The position numbers and the translations under genes are program-made. The notes below the pieces were generated by a model, which was given only the letters and a program-made list of their open reading frames with translations, did no database searches and was not told where the DNA came from. From positions 62,001 through 126,000 of the IMG/VR virus record IMGVR_UViG_3300023184_000026: 64,000 nucleotides of DNA; one strand, 5' to 3'. Below, piece after piece: positions 46,295-56,055 of the stretch; the stretch's first letter is position 1; each line of letters begins with the position of its first letter.

Positions 46295-47008
46295 ATGACA
46301 AAGAAAATACTATTAATGATTACGGCAGCATGTGCCGCACTCACACTAACTGCATCGCCTGTGACCGTCACAGCAGACGCAACATACTACACCAAGTTTT
46401 TGGACCGTGGTGTTGTTGCATATAATGACGTTGCAGTCGTTGGTGCAAATGTTGAGGTTGCAGGTTTTGTATTGGGTGCAAGCACCTTCAATACTATTCA
46501 AGCAAATGCTGTGGGAAAGAACGTAGTAAGTTCTGGACTACTAAAGCGAATTGATACAACCGTTGGTTATAAGTTTACTGCTCCGCTGGCAAACTTGACC
46601 TTGGGTTCTGTCTATTCCTCTTATAGCAAGAGCATTTCCAACATTGCCAGCACAAACGAACCATTCGTTAAGCTGGATGGCAAGTTATGGAAGAATAGTG
46701 TGTGGGATATCACAGGTCGTTCTGATCTGAAGCTACACACCAATAATGTAGAAACAAATGTTAAACTTCCTTTTGGTTTTCAACACCTAAAGATCGTTCC
46801 TTCCGTTGGATACGGATTCAATGATCCCGGTGCCGCCACAATTGCCGCATTGAAGAATGCAAAGCAATATGCATTGGTTGGAGTTGGTATTGGATATTAC
46901 ACAAAATATGCCACATTGAATGTTGGTATATATCAATCCCGTGACACGCTATTTACTGCTGGAAATACCAGCAGCGGCGTTTCTGGTGGATTGGCCGTAA
47001 AGTTCTAA
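46295..47008 (+). CDS. Outer-membrane beta-barrel-like protein
   Basis: Signal peptide, alternating beta-strand pattern, C-terminal Phe. Confidence 0.65.
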   Translation: MTKKILLMITAACAALTLTASPVTVTADATYYTKFLDRGVVAYNDVAVVGANVEVAGFVLGASTFNTIQANAVGKNVVSSGLLKRIDTTVGYKFTAPLANLTLGSVYSSYSKSISNIASTNEPFVKLDGKLWKNSVWDITGRSDLKLHTNNVETNVKLPFGFQHLKIVPSVGYGFNDPGAATIAALKNAKQYALVGVGIGYYTKYATLNVGIYQSRDTLFTAGNTSSGVSGGLAVKF

Positions 47009-47103
47009 TAATAAGTTAGTTTCAACAAAAAAGGACACCGTAAATGGTGTCCTTTTTTTATTGTATTGTTGACAAACATCAACATATGTGTAATATCACT
47101 ATT

Positions 47104-48057
47104 ATGATTCTATCACATAATATAGTTCCTTCACTTTGTTGCATTCACAATGGTCTAAAAGACCAAGGTGTTAAATTCAACACCATGACTTATGCTCAAT
47201 ACAAGAAGTTGGGCAAGGACACAGCAATGAAGGTTCTAGCAGACCGCTCGTTCAATAATATCAAGACCATTCACTCTATTATAAAAGAGTGTGCCAAAAA
47301 CAAATGGAATTATAGAATTGGCAGCAATGTGTTTCCATTGATGACACATCCCGATTTGAAATTTGGCATAGATGATTTTTATAATTTCTCAGATATTATA
47401 TCAGAGTTTAGCGCATGTGCTACTACTATTAAACAAAACAAAGTGCGTTGCAGTATGCACCCAGACCAGTTTGTGGTTCCTGCAAGTCCAAAAAATGGTG
47501 TTGCTGAAAACTCTATTCGCGACCTTGAACAACATGCTATGATTATGGATTTACTTCAACTACCACAATCATATGAAGCACCAATCAATATTCATATGAA
47601 TTGTTATAATGACGGCAATTTTAGTGAAGTTATTGATAGATTGGAAAAAGTTATCAAACGCATGTCAAAATCTGTAACAAGTAGGCTTGTTTTCGAGAAC
47701 GAAGATAAACTAAAAAGTTGGACTGTATATAATCTACACGAACATCTTTATAAACGCACAGGTATTCCAATCACATACGACAATCTTCATAACAAATGTA
47801 ATCCATCCACACTTCTCGATGAACAACAAACATTTGATTTATCTGTATCCACTTGGCCGAATGGTATTATTCCATTGTTTCATTTCAGCGAATCACTTGC
47901 TGGTAAAAATCCACGTGCTCATGCCGACTTTCCTACATTTGTACCTATGGTATATTCTACATATAAAAAAGATTTGCATCTTGATTTTGAGTTCAAGCAT
48001 AAAGAATCTGCTATAAATAAGATTTCTCGCCAAAACTTATTGACATTTGATAAATAA
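47104..48057 (+). CDS. uvsE: UV-damage endonuclease
   Basis: YRIGS..FP, SMHPDQF, INIH, ENED, D.LH, HFSE, AHAD, E.K.KE. Confidence 0.9.
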   Translation: MILSHNIVPSLCCIHNGLKDQGVKFNTMTYAQYKKLGKDTAMKVLADRSFNNIKTIHSIIKECAKNKWNYRIGSNVFPLMTHPDLKFGIDDFYNFSDIISEFSACATTIKQNKVRCSMHPDQFVVPASPKNGVAENSIRDLEQHAMIMDLLQLPQSYEAPINIHMNCYNDGNFSEVIDRLEKVIKRMSKSVTSRLVFENEDKLKSWTVYNLHEHLYKRTGIPITYDNLHNKCNPSTLLDEQQTFDLSVSTWPNGIIPLFHFSESLAGKNPRAHADFPTFVPMVYSTYKKDLHLDFEFKHKESAINKISRQNLLTFDK

Positions 48058-48118
48058 TTGGCATACTAACTTTGTAATCAACATTACATCAAAAAAATAA
48101 TAACTAAATCATACTAAT

Positions 48119-48334
48119 ATGACTAAAACAAATAAAACAAACAATGGCCGCAAGGTCTCCACACTCGTCAAGGGTTCTACTTATGAACTTTCTTTTTCTC
48201 GCCCTGTCAAGGGTGTCAAGAGCGAAAGCACTCATCTAAATGTTACGGGATTCAATCCTACCACTGGTGAAGTCAACAAGGTTCGCCTTGATGGACGCGC
48301 TGTTGCTGCATTGCGCCGAGTTATTGCCAAGTAA
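48119..48334 (+). CDS. Hypothetical basic protein
   Basis: ATG ORF with own promoter and terminator. Confidence 0.65.
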   Translation: MTKTNKTNNGRKVSTLVKGSTYELSFSRPVKGVKSESTHLNVTGFNPTTGEVNKVRLDGRAVAALRRVIAK

Positions 48335-48395
48335 TATTGGCAATCAAAGGTTATAAATCAAAATCCCACGGCAAACACCGTGGGATTTTTTCTAT

Positions 48396-48599
48396 ATGAA
48401 AAATAAACCTCTTACAAAAAAACAACGCAAAGATTTGATTTCTGCTTGGGCCGGAATGAATTGTTTATGTGCATATCTAAAAGATTATAAGACTATGCCT
48501 AAAAATTTTAAAGACAAATTTGATGCACACTCTTACGCCAGAGACATACACAAACTACTGGATTCGGTTATAAACAATGTTGACGACTCTGATTTGTGA
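48396..48599 (+). CDS. Hypothetical protein
   Basis: ATG ORF. Confidence 0.5.
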   Translation: MKNKPLTKKQRKDLISAWAGMNCLCAYLKDYKTMPKNFKDKFDAHSYARDIHKLLDSVINNVDDSDL

Positions 48600-48640
48600 A
48601 TAATCCTTGACACTATATAAAAAAGTGTCATAGTAAAGTA

Positions 48641-49756
48641 GTGAAAATTGACTTACAATCCATAAACCCCGAATCATTCATGGTTCATCAGCACTTTGTT
48701 GGTGGGCATGAATGTTTTTTGGTTCAGCCCAAAAATATTGGTGCAACTTGGAATAAAGAGAACTTGATTTATCGCTCTTCATTGTGGGATAAAGAAGGAA
48801 ATCCCGTTTCACTTTCGTTCAAAAAGTTCTTCAATTATGATGAAAAGCCCGACATCTTTCCTGCACCTTCTGATCTAAAAAATGCAAAGTTGATGGAAAA
48901 GTTGGACGGTTCTACTTTAATCTTTTCTCGCTACAAGGGTCACACTGTTATTCGCACACGCGGAACTGTTGATGCTCATAAGCAAGCAAATGGACATGAG
49001 ATAGACTATTTGTGTGAAAAGTACAAGAAGTTCATTGCATATCTTGAAATGCTAGAAACTAGCAATGAGTCTTTTGTACTGGAATGGTTGAGTCCAACCA
49101 ATCGCATTGTATTGAACTATGGCGACGAACCTGACATGGTTTTGACTGCTGTAATCAATCACAATGATTATTCCTTGATGTGCCAATCTCAATTGGACTA
49201 TTTTGCATCTGATATTGGGCTGCGCCGTCCCCGCACTTTCTCCTACAACTCCGTTGAAGAAATGAAGTCGGCAGTTGAAGTGTTGAAAGACCAAGAAGGC
49301 TTGTGTGTGTATTATAACAACGAACAACAAATTCGTAAAGTAAAAGCTGCATCATATCTTTTTTTACATCGTGCAAAAAGTGAAATTTCTAGCATAGAAA
49401 AAGTCATTGATGTATATATTGATTGGTTTATGGATCGGCACAATCTTTCTCATGAACCAACTGGTTATGTAGAATTCTTTGAATATCTAACCGAGAAGTT
49501 TGACTTTGAAATTGCTACAATGGCAACTGGACACGCTTCGCGTATCTGTGATGCTATGAAAGAAGTTCACAAGATTATGAATGCATTGTTTGAGTTTGCA
49601 TCTGCTCGTATGAACATTGCTCGTAATATTGCCGCCAAAGAAATCTTACAAGCATACGGCAGCACGGGCAGAAGTGCAATTATATTCAAGATGCTAGATC
49701 GCAAGACCATCGGCACTGATGATTATAAAAAATTGCTATATCAAGTATTGAAGTAA
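48641..49756 (+). CDS. RNA ligase, T4 Rnl1-like
   Basis: FKKFFNYDE, EKLDGS, RTRG, EWLSP.NRIV, EG, KVK. Confidence 0.85.
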   Translation: MKIDLQSINPESFMVHQHFVGGHECFLVQPKNIGATWNKENLIYRSSLWDKEGNPVSLSFKKFFNYDEKPDIFPAPSDLKNAKLMEKLDGSTLIFSRYKGHTVIRTRGTVDAHKQANGHEIDYLCEKYKKFIAYLEMLETSNESFVLEWLSPTNRIVLNYGDEPDMVLTAVINHNDYSLMCQSQLDYFASDIGLRRPRTFSYNSVEEMKSAVEVLKDQEGLCVYYNNEQQIRKVKAASYLFLHRAKSEISSIEKVIDVYIDWFMDRHNLSHEPTGYVEFFEYLTEKFDFEIATMATGHASRICDAMKEVHKIMNALFEFASARMNIARNIAAKEILQAYGSTGRSAIIFKMLDRKTIGTDDYKKLLYQVLK

Positions 49757-49826
49757 AAACATAGGGCTTGACTTTATATAGTTCAAGCCCTATACTATTG
49801 CATATTAGAAATATACTTATTAATAT

Positions 49827-50336
49827 ATGATTAAACTACTAAGAGAGAAATATGAATTGCTAAGAGAAAGTAAATTGTTTTCTGAATTGAAGGCAGTGGC
49901 TTCACATAAGACAGATCTTCTTACATCCAAAATGTGGATTTTACCAGATGGTAAGCCTGTGTCTTTGGATCAATGGCATTACAGATGGTTGCAAAATAAT
50001 CCAAAAATTGCATTGAAGTATGGATTGGATGTTAAAACTTTGCCAGATGAAGAACAGCCTGTTCGTGTTGCTGCATTGAAGAAGGGATTTTTTCGCGTCA
50101 ATTATGAATACAATAGTGGGACTATTACAATTGAAGGATTGTCCTCAAAGTTTCATAAAAAAATCAAAGATGCTATATTTGTGATTGCGATTGACAATAT
50201 TAGATCAATTGATCGCATGAAATTGACACTAATGAATGAAACACTAACAAAAATTACCAGAGCGGAAGAAGCCATATTGTTCACATACAGAAGTGAAGAA
50301 GAAAAACTCGCCGCAGTTGAAGATATTATCAAATAA
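49827..50336 (+). CDS. Hypothetical protein
   Basis: MIKLLRE N-terminus, TACTTAT upstream. Confidence 0.65.
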   Translation: MIKLLREKYELLRESKLFSELKAVASHKTDLLTSKMWILPDGKPVSLDQWHYRWLQNNPKIALKYGLDVKTLPDEEQPVRVAALKKGFFRVNYEYNSGTITIEGLSSKFHKKIKDAIFVIAIDNIRSIDRMKLTLMNETLTKITRAEEAILFTYRSEEEKLAAVEDIIK

Positions 50337-50343
50337 ACAATAT

Positions 50344-50535
50344 ATGACAAAAACAAAAAATTACATTGAAAAAGCGGCAAAGCGTTTGGTGGTTGGTGAC
50401 AAAGTGTTGAGTGCGTCGGGAAAAACACTAACAGTGTCATTGATTATAAATAAAGAAAATAAAACTATTATTCTATTTGACGGCGACATGGAAGTTGATG
50501 TTGATCCACATCTTCAACTCAAAGTTTTACAATGA
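50344..50535 (+). CDS. Hypothetical protein
   Basis: ATG ORF in operon. Confidence 0.55.
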   Translation: MTKTKNYIEKAAKRLVVGDKVLSASGKTLTVSLIINKENKTIILFDGDMEVDVDPHLQLKVLQ

Positions 50536-50726
50536 CACTGCAAAATGTTATAGATAATCTAAACAATACTATATTGGGCAAACAAGAATTGCTTGATATA
50601 TTGACTAATCATCCAAATAACGCATCTGGTTCTGTTATTACAGAAGTTCTTAGAATCAATGTTGGTGAGTTGAGATGTATCCGAGAAGATTTACTAAAAG
50701 TAAAAATACCACAACAAACATCTTGA
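50532..50726 (+). CDS. Hypothetical protein
   Basis: Coupled ORF. Confidence 0.5.
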   Translation: MTLQNVIDNLNNTILGKQELLDILTNHPNNASGSVITEVLRINVGELRCIREDLLKVKIPQQTS

Positions 50727-50765
50727 CTTTTTATAAAAATCCTGTCATAGTTATGCGTATATAAA

Positions 50766-51422
50766 ATGAATGTTATAAATCAACCGGTTTTGTGTTTAAA
50801 TGGCGTTTGGCAAGCTTTGGGCACCAAAACAGTCAAAGAAGCTCTCATTGCCATGCTAGGAGGCGAAAAGGGAAATTCTCCTGCTGCTATGGCTATTGAC
50901 ATGGTATTTCCAATTGATGCCGACGGCAATGTTGATTGGAACAACCCCGAATATACCCAACCTGTTGGCTGGGACGAATGGCGAAATCTGCCAGTTCGTG
51001 AATATGACTTGGCTATTCACACCTCCAACATGGAGATTCGTGCTCCACGAGTCATTATTCAACCCAACTATAGCAAAATGCCAACTGTACAGCCTCGTCC
51101 AACTAAGGAAGCAATCAGAAAGCGTGATGGTGGTATTTGTCAATATACTGGCGAAGTTCTAACTTGGAAAGACGGCAACATTGATCATGTTACTCCACGT
51201 TCTCAAGGCGGCAGAAACACGTTTGAAAACATGGTATGGTGTCATAAAGATATCAACAGCAAAAAAGCCGACAAGACGCCAAAGCAAGCAGGTTTGACAC
51301 TTATTCGCAAGCCATTTGCTCCCAAATCATTGCCCATCAGTTCCACAATCAATGTGGCACATCATCCAAGTTGGGTTCATTTCTTAGACCATGTTACGCA
51401 TGTGAAAGAAGTTGTAGCATAA
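50766..51422 (+). CDS. HNH endonuclease
   Basis: RDGGICQYTG, IDHVTPRSQGG, N.V.C...N..K.DKTP. Confidence 0.9.
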   Translation: MNVINQPVLCLNGVWQALGTKTVKEALIAMLGGEKGNSPAAMAIDMVFPIDADGNVDWNNPEYTQPVGWDEWRNLPVREYDLAIHTSNMEIRAPRVIIQPNYSKMPTVQPRPTKEAIRKRDGGICQYTGEVLTWKDGNIDHVTPRSQGGRNTFENMVWCHKDINSKKADKTPKQAGLTLIRKPFAPKSLPISSTINVAHHPSWVHFLDHVTHVKEVVA

Positions 51423-51477
51423 AAAAATATTGACAAACATACGGATGTATCATAATCTGATACATCCTTTTTTATTC

Positions 51478-51810
51478 ATGGAATATTTCACACTAACATT
51501 ATGCGTTTTACTGCTTGCATATTCTACTCGTTCTTATTATCAAATAAAGAAACTGAATAAGCAACTGCTTGAACAAAATGAAAGTCATAAAAGAGCACTT
51601 GCAACAGCAGGAAATGCAATCGCAGATACACTAAAAGTTGCATTTGAGCAACTAAAGAAAAATAACTCAGACCACAGTAAAATAAACGGTAAATTGACGG
51701 AATATAACTCAAGAATACATCGTTTAGAGCAAAATATGAACCGATCTGTGAAAGACGGTTTAAAACAAAAGATAAATTTACAATCTACGGAAGAAAATGA
51801 AAACAAATAA
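51478..51810 (+). CDS. Membrane-anchored coiled-coil protein
   Basis: N-terminal TM then heptad pattern. Confidence 0.55.
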   Translation: MEYFTLTLCVLLLAYSTRSYYQIKKLNKQLLEQNESHKRALATAGNAIADTLKVAFEQLKKNNSDHSKINGKLTEYNSRIHRLEQNMNRSVKDGLKQKINLQSTEENENK

Positions 51811-52012
51811 TGAAGGACCGCGCATGGTAGAATTTGGCAAGTTGGAACTTGGAAACAAGTTTTTTCTTGGAAACCCAGATATACTAACTGAAAACGCTGC
51901 ATACACAAAAATAGTCAGCCAAAAGAACAATGAAGGTAAATGGTCAAATGCAAAGAACGCATTTGGTCTTGTTACATTTGTACAATACGACAAAAGGGTA
52001 TGGAAGAAATAA
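51797..52012 (+). CDS. Hypothetical protein
   Basis: ATG ORF in operon. Confidence 0.55.
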   Translation: MKTNNEGPRMVEFGKLELGNKFFLGNPDILTENAAYTKIVSQKNNEGKWSNAKNAFGLVTFVQYDKRVWKK

Positions 52013-52013
52013 A

Positions 52014-52313
52014 ATGAAAAAGTTTGTGTTGAAGCGTGAATATATTTCTGATGTGACAGACACCAAATACATGACATTGAATATGTATGATGGTTCTACC
52101 ATATCTGGAATGTCACATGGTACAATTGATCACCCAGAGTTCACAAAGTTGCGTGATATGTTGGAACAACAAGACTATATTAGCACAGAAAGAAGTTGGG
52201 TCAATGGCGACAGAGTGCTCAAACCATTTAGCTTAAATGCATTTAAGTTCAAAATTGGGGAACAATTTCCTTGTGCTTCTGCATTGAATGTTCGCTTATC
52301 TATAAAAAAATGA
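52014..52313 (+). CDS. Hypothetical protein
   Basis: ATG ORF in operon. Confidence 0.6.
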   Translation: MKKFVLKREYISDVTDTKYMTLNMYDGSTISGMSHGTIDHPEFTKLRDMLEQQDYISTERSWVNGDRVLKPFSLNAFKFKIGEQFPCASALNVRLSIKK

Positions 52314-52585
52314 AAATTATAATCAATACTTGTTATGGTGGCTTTGGGCTTTCTAAAGAAGCTCTTGCTCTGTTTAATGAACGATCTGGTACAATTATTA
52401 TCTATGAGCATGACATCGAGCGCAACAATCCTATTCTAGTAGAAATTGTAGAGCAATTGGGAGAAGCTGCCGATGGTGGTCATGCTGAACTTAAAGTTGT
52501 AGAGATTCCTGATGATGTTAAATGGCAGATTGAAGAGTATGATGGTAATGAATGGGTGGCCGAAAAACATCGCACTTGGAACTAA
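52310..52585 (+). CDS. Conserved phage hypothetical protein
   Basis: IIINTCYGGFGLS...LKVVEIPD...IEEYDG.E. Confidence 0.7.
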   Translation: MKIIINTCYGGFGLSKEALALFNERSGTIIIYEHDIERNNPILVEIVEQLGEAADGGHAELKVVEIPDDVKWQIEEYDGNEWVAEKHRTWN

Positions 52586-52586
52586 T

Positions 52587-52817
52587 ATGAGCACTACTCA
52601 CAGAAAGACCTATACTATTCAGTATCTAATGAAACAACCCATTAATCGAGAAAACTGGGTTACAATGACTGGCTTTGCATATATGCAAAAGAGCTTTGCC
52701 GAGGGTGCATTCTGTATGCTCAGATCCTTCTATGGTGGCGAAAAACGATACCGTTTAATTGATAGTGAAGGTAAGGTTATTGCCGAATGGAATACTGGTG
52801 CAATTCAGGTGAATTAA
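52587..52817 (+). CDS. Hypothetical protein
   Basis: ATG ORF in operon. Confidence 0.55.
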   Translation: MSTTHRKTYTIQYLMKQPINRENWVTMTGFAYMQKSFAEGAFCMLRSFYGGEKRYRLIDSEGKVIAEWNTGAIQVN

Positions 52818-52837
52818 AATCTTAACTAATATAATTT

Positions 52838-53044
52838 ATGAACCAAATAGGTGTAACGCAACTTGATTTAGACAAAGCAACATTTGAGGAAGCACAACAA
52901 GCATATGATCATCATATGATTATGGAATATGCTTCAACTGCTACTGTGGAAGATTACTTGAAAATTAAAGAAGAAGCTTTAGAAAAAGCCGCCAACATTA
53001 TTTTAAAAAATCGTATAAACGACGGGTTTACTAAAATTGTGTGA
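52838..53044 (+). CDS. Hypothetical protein
   Basis: ATG ORF. Confidence 0.55.
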   Translation: MNQIGVTQLDLDKATFEEAQQAYDHHMIMEYASTATVEDYLKIKEEALEKAANIILKNRINDGFTKIV

Positions 53045-53088
53045 TGTTGTTGACATATATCTGCACTATTGTATAGTTGGTAAATAAT

Positions 53089-53562
53089 ATGGCAAAAATA
53101 AAAAACGAAGTTGATAAAAAGCCAAAGAATAAAAGTTTATTTGATCACATCAATGAAGTGCGTGTGGGAAAAAATCCTAAATACTTTGATACATTGTCTG
53201 ATGCGGATAAAAAGACTTGGAGTAATTATATGGTATGCAGATTCTTGAGCATGCAGATGGACTTTGTTGACAGCATCAATGATTTACAATATTATCAAGA
53301 CAAACTAACTCCAGAGCAGTTCTATAGAGTTTGTATTGACATTGTACCAAAAGCAAAAGTATTTGTGCCATATATAAAAAATAGCGGAGAGAAATATAAT
53401 AAAACTTTATTGACTTTGTTGTGTATGCATTTTAAAGACAGTGAACGCAATGTTGTTGAATATATGAGTATCATGACCAACGATGACATTCGCAGTATTG
53501 TGCAAAATTATGGATATGACACAGAGCAAATTGAAGAGTTATTGGAAAAGAGTAAACGATAA
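53089..53562 (+). CDS. Clamp loader small subunit (gp62-like)
   Basis: SLFDHIN...K, YMV.RFLSM, F.PYIK patterns. Confidence 0.6.
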   Translation: MAKIKNEVDKKPKNKSLFDHINEVRVGKNPKYFDTLSDADKKTWSNYMVCRFLSMQMDFVDSINDLQYYQDKLTPEQFYRVCIDIVPKAKVFVPYIKNSGEKYNKTLLTLLCMHFKDSERNVVEYMSIMTNDDIRSIVQNYGYDTEQIEELLEKSKR

Positions 53563-53565
53563 AAT

Positions 53566-54195
53566 ATGCAAACATCAAATAAAAAAGTATTCGGTATTGG
53601 CGGTTGCGCTCGTAGTGGTAAAGATACATTCGCTTCCATTCTTGCATATAAACTTCAACAGGCGGGTAAATCTGTAAAAAGAATTGCACTGGCCGACCCA
53701 CTAAAGTCGGATGTGAATGATTTCTTGATGAAGAATCTTGGCATTTCTGCATTCACAACTATTCCAGAAGAAAAATCACTCATTCGTCCCATGCTTGTGT
53801 GGTATGGTGATGCTCAACGCAAGCGCACAGATGGTAGATATTGGATTGATTTGGCCAAGAAGACCATTGATGAAACCAATTATGATTATTATATCATAAC
53901 AGATGTTCGTTATGATGCATATGAAAAAGACGAGCTATACTTTCTAAAAAATGAAGTAAATGGAGTATTGTGTCATATCAGCAAATATACTTGGGATATT
54001 CAATGGGGACACAAAGTATTTGTTAAACCCGCTAATGATCATGAACAAGAAAATGATCCAAAGATTGAAGCTGCTGCACATCATTCCATTAAATGGGAAC
54101 ATGTAGAATACAAACTACCAGAAGATTTATTGCTTGACACTCAACTAAATGCTCACGTAGACAAGTTTATGAATATTTGGGTTCAGAAGATCTGA
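53566..54195 (+). CDS. Deoxynucleoside monophosphate kinase
   Basis: GIGG.ARSGKDT, ALADPLK, R..L...G, ITDVRY. Confidence 0.85.
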   Translation: MQTSNKKVFGIGGCARSGKDTFASILAYKLQQAGKSVKRIALADPLKSDVNDFLMKNLGISAFTTIPEEKSLIRPMLVWYGDAQRKRTDGRYWIDLAKKTIDETNYDYYIITDVRYDAYEKDELYFLKNEVNGVLCHISKYTWDIQWGHKVFVKPANDHEQENDPKIEAAAHHSIKWEHVEYKLPEDLLLDTQLNAHVDKFMNIWVQKI

Positions 54196-54644
54196 CTTTC
54201 TTCGTCATCATCTTCGTCATCATCTTCGTCATCATCATCCTGAATCTGACTTTCAAGCTCTTCTTTTAGTTTAACAAAATCTTCTTGTGTCAAACCAAGA
54301 TCGTTTATGATTGCTGATACCAAGAATGCAAGTTCTCGCTTGCTAAATTTTTGAGTTTTTATTCCTTTGCAAAATTTTTTAGTAATGGCAACCAATAATT
54401 TTTTTATGTCATTTTCTGGCGTGGGATAAATGATGCCAGGTATTGGGTTGCGTTTATTGTGCATGTCGGAGATTTTAGACATTTCTTCCTTTAACATTTT
54501 TTTATATTCATTTTCATCCGAAGCCACACTTTTTACCAATGCTTTTAGTTCGTCAATGTCTCGCTTTTTGACTATTTTTGCAACTGTGAATGTTTTTAGC
54601 ACACCCGTTTTTTGTAATATGTGCGTGAAAGATTTATTTTCCAT
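54183..54644 (-). CDS. Hypothetical protein with acidic tail
   Basis: ORF with TATTTAT motif upstream; D/E-rich end. Confidence 0.6.
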   Translation of the reverse strand: MENKSFTHILQKTGVLKTFTVAKIVKKRDIDELKALVKSVASDENEYKKMLKEEMSKISDMHNKRNPIPGIIYPTPENDIKKLLVAITKKFCKGIKTQKFSKRELAFLVSAIINDLGLTQEDFVKLKEELESQIQDDDDEDDDEDDDEESQIF

Positions 54645-54709
54645 CGTTCTTAATAAATATACAGTCATTAGCATTGACAGATGATTTTATTGAGATATAG
54701 TATCAGTAT

Positions 54710-55717
54710 ATGTCTAATCAATTTCTTGTAGAAACTCCCGATCCTGTGCCGGTTGTAACCGAACCCACCCAGCCAGTAAAAAAACTCAAGAATGTGAGTT
54801 TCAGTCAATATAGCAAATGGCTAAAATGTCCAATGGATTGGAAACTTTCATATATTGACAAGTTGGCTCCATATGAAGCAAGCATTCATACCACATTTGG
54901 TACAGCTATTCATGCTGCATTACAAGAATATCTTCGTTTGTTATATACAGTAGGAACTGCTGAAGCAGATGCTTTGGATGCATTTGGCTTGTTCAAGAGA
55001 GAATATGAAGAAGGCTTAAAAGACCTCAAGATTGCAACCGAAGAACAATCCAAGTTGACCGAAGATGAAAGAGATATATTGGGCTTGATTACTCAAGATA
55101 CAGTCAAAGAGTTTGAGAACGATGGTAAAGTTATTCTGGATCATACATTAGCATATGCTCAACGCAGCAAGCATTTTCCAAGTAAAAAATATGAACTTGT
55201 TGGTATTGAACTGCCATTGGAAATTCCATTAAAAGGTGGCACAATATTATACAAAGGCTTTCTTGACATTGTGTTAAAAGACAAAATAACCAAGAAGGTG
55301 CTTATTTTAGATTTCAAGACATCAACCAATGGTTGGAATAAATATCAGAAGGCAGACAGAACCAAGACTGATCAACTGTTGTTGTATAAGCGGTTTTACA
55401 ATCAAATGTTCAAGGTTCCGATGACTGACATCGAAATTGAATTCTTTGTTGTAAAACGCAAACTATACGAGGATGTAGCTTTTCCACAACAACGCATTCA
55501 ACGTATTTCTCCACCCGATGGTAAAATTAGCATGAAACAGGTTGAAACTTCATTCTTGGAGTTTATCAATGCTGGATTTGATGCCGCAGGTGAATATAAT
55601 AAAGACGGTGTGTTTCCCAAGCAACCCGGCAAAGCCAAGAAGAATTGCAAATATTGTATCTTTAAAGAGCTGAAGAACGCCGATGGAAAGTTGTATTGTG
55701 ACGGAAAAGAAAATTGA
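54710..55717 (+). CDS. PD-(D/E)XK nuclease (RecB/Cas4-like)
   Basis: SFSQ...CP, FGTAIH, GFLD, LDFKT, QL.LY, C.YC. Confidence 0.88.
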   Translation: MSNQFLVETPDPVPVVTEPTQPVKKLKNVSFSQYSKWLKCPMDWKLSYIDKLAPYEASIHTTFGTAIHAALQEYLRLLYTVGTAEADALDAFGLFKREYEEGLKDLKIATEEQSKLTEDERDILGLITQDTVKEFENDGKVILDHTLAYAQRSKHFPSKKYELVGIELPLEIPLKGGTILYKGFLDIVLKDKITKKVLILDFKTSTNGWNKYQKADRTKTDQLLLYKRFYNQMFKVPMTDIEIEFFVVKRKLYEDVAFPQQRIQRISPPDGKISMKQVETSFLEFINAGFDAAGEYNKDGVFPKQPGKAKKNCKYCIFKELKNADGKLYCDGKEN

Positions 55718-55802
55718 TAAGTAGTTTTTATATATTAATTTGATTTCTTATATATACGGAATGTTATTTTCATATATATGTATATAGGAAAAACAACAAC
55801 AT

Positions 55803-56012
55803 ATGAAACTAAAATCAAATCACGAAACATCTTTTACCAGTATTCACATTTTTAAAGACAAATATACTTCATTCAAAGAAGCTGGTGTAAGTAGCGGCAT
55901 GACACTGCAAAAGTTAGTCAATCGTTGTGTATATCTATACACCAATGATCCAGACTTCAAAAAGAAAATTGACGACACAAATGCTTTACAAATTAGCGGC
56001 AGTGCATTTTAA
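55803..56012 (+). CDS. Hypothetical protein (small DNA-binding-like)
   Basis: TS...F...TLQKLVNR pattern. Confidence 0.6.
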   Translation: MKLKSNHETSFTSIHIFKDKYTSFKEAGVSSGMTLQKLVNRCVYLYTNDPDFKKKIDDTNALQISGSAF

Positions 56013-56055
56013 TAATTTGACAATAATCAAATTTAAAACATACTGAATTTTATAT

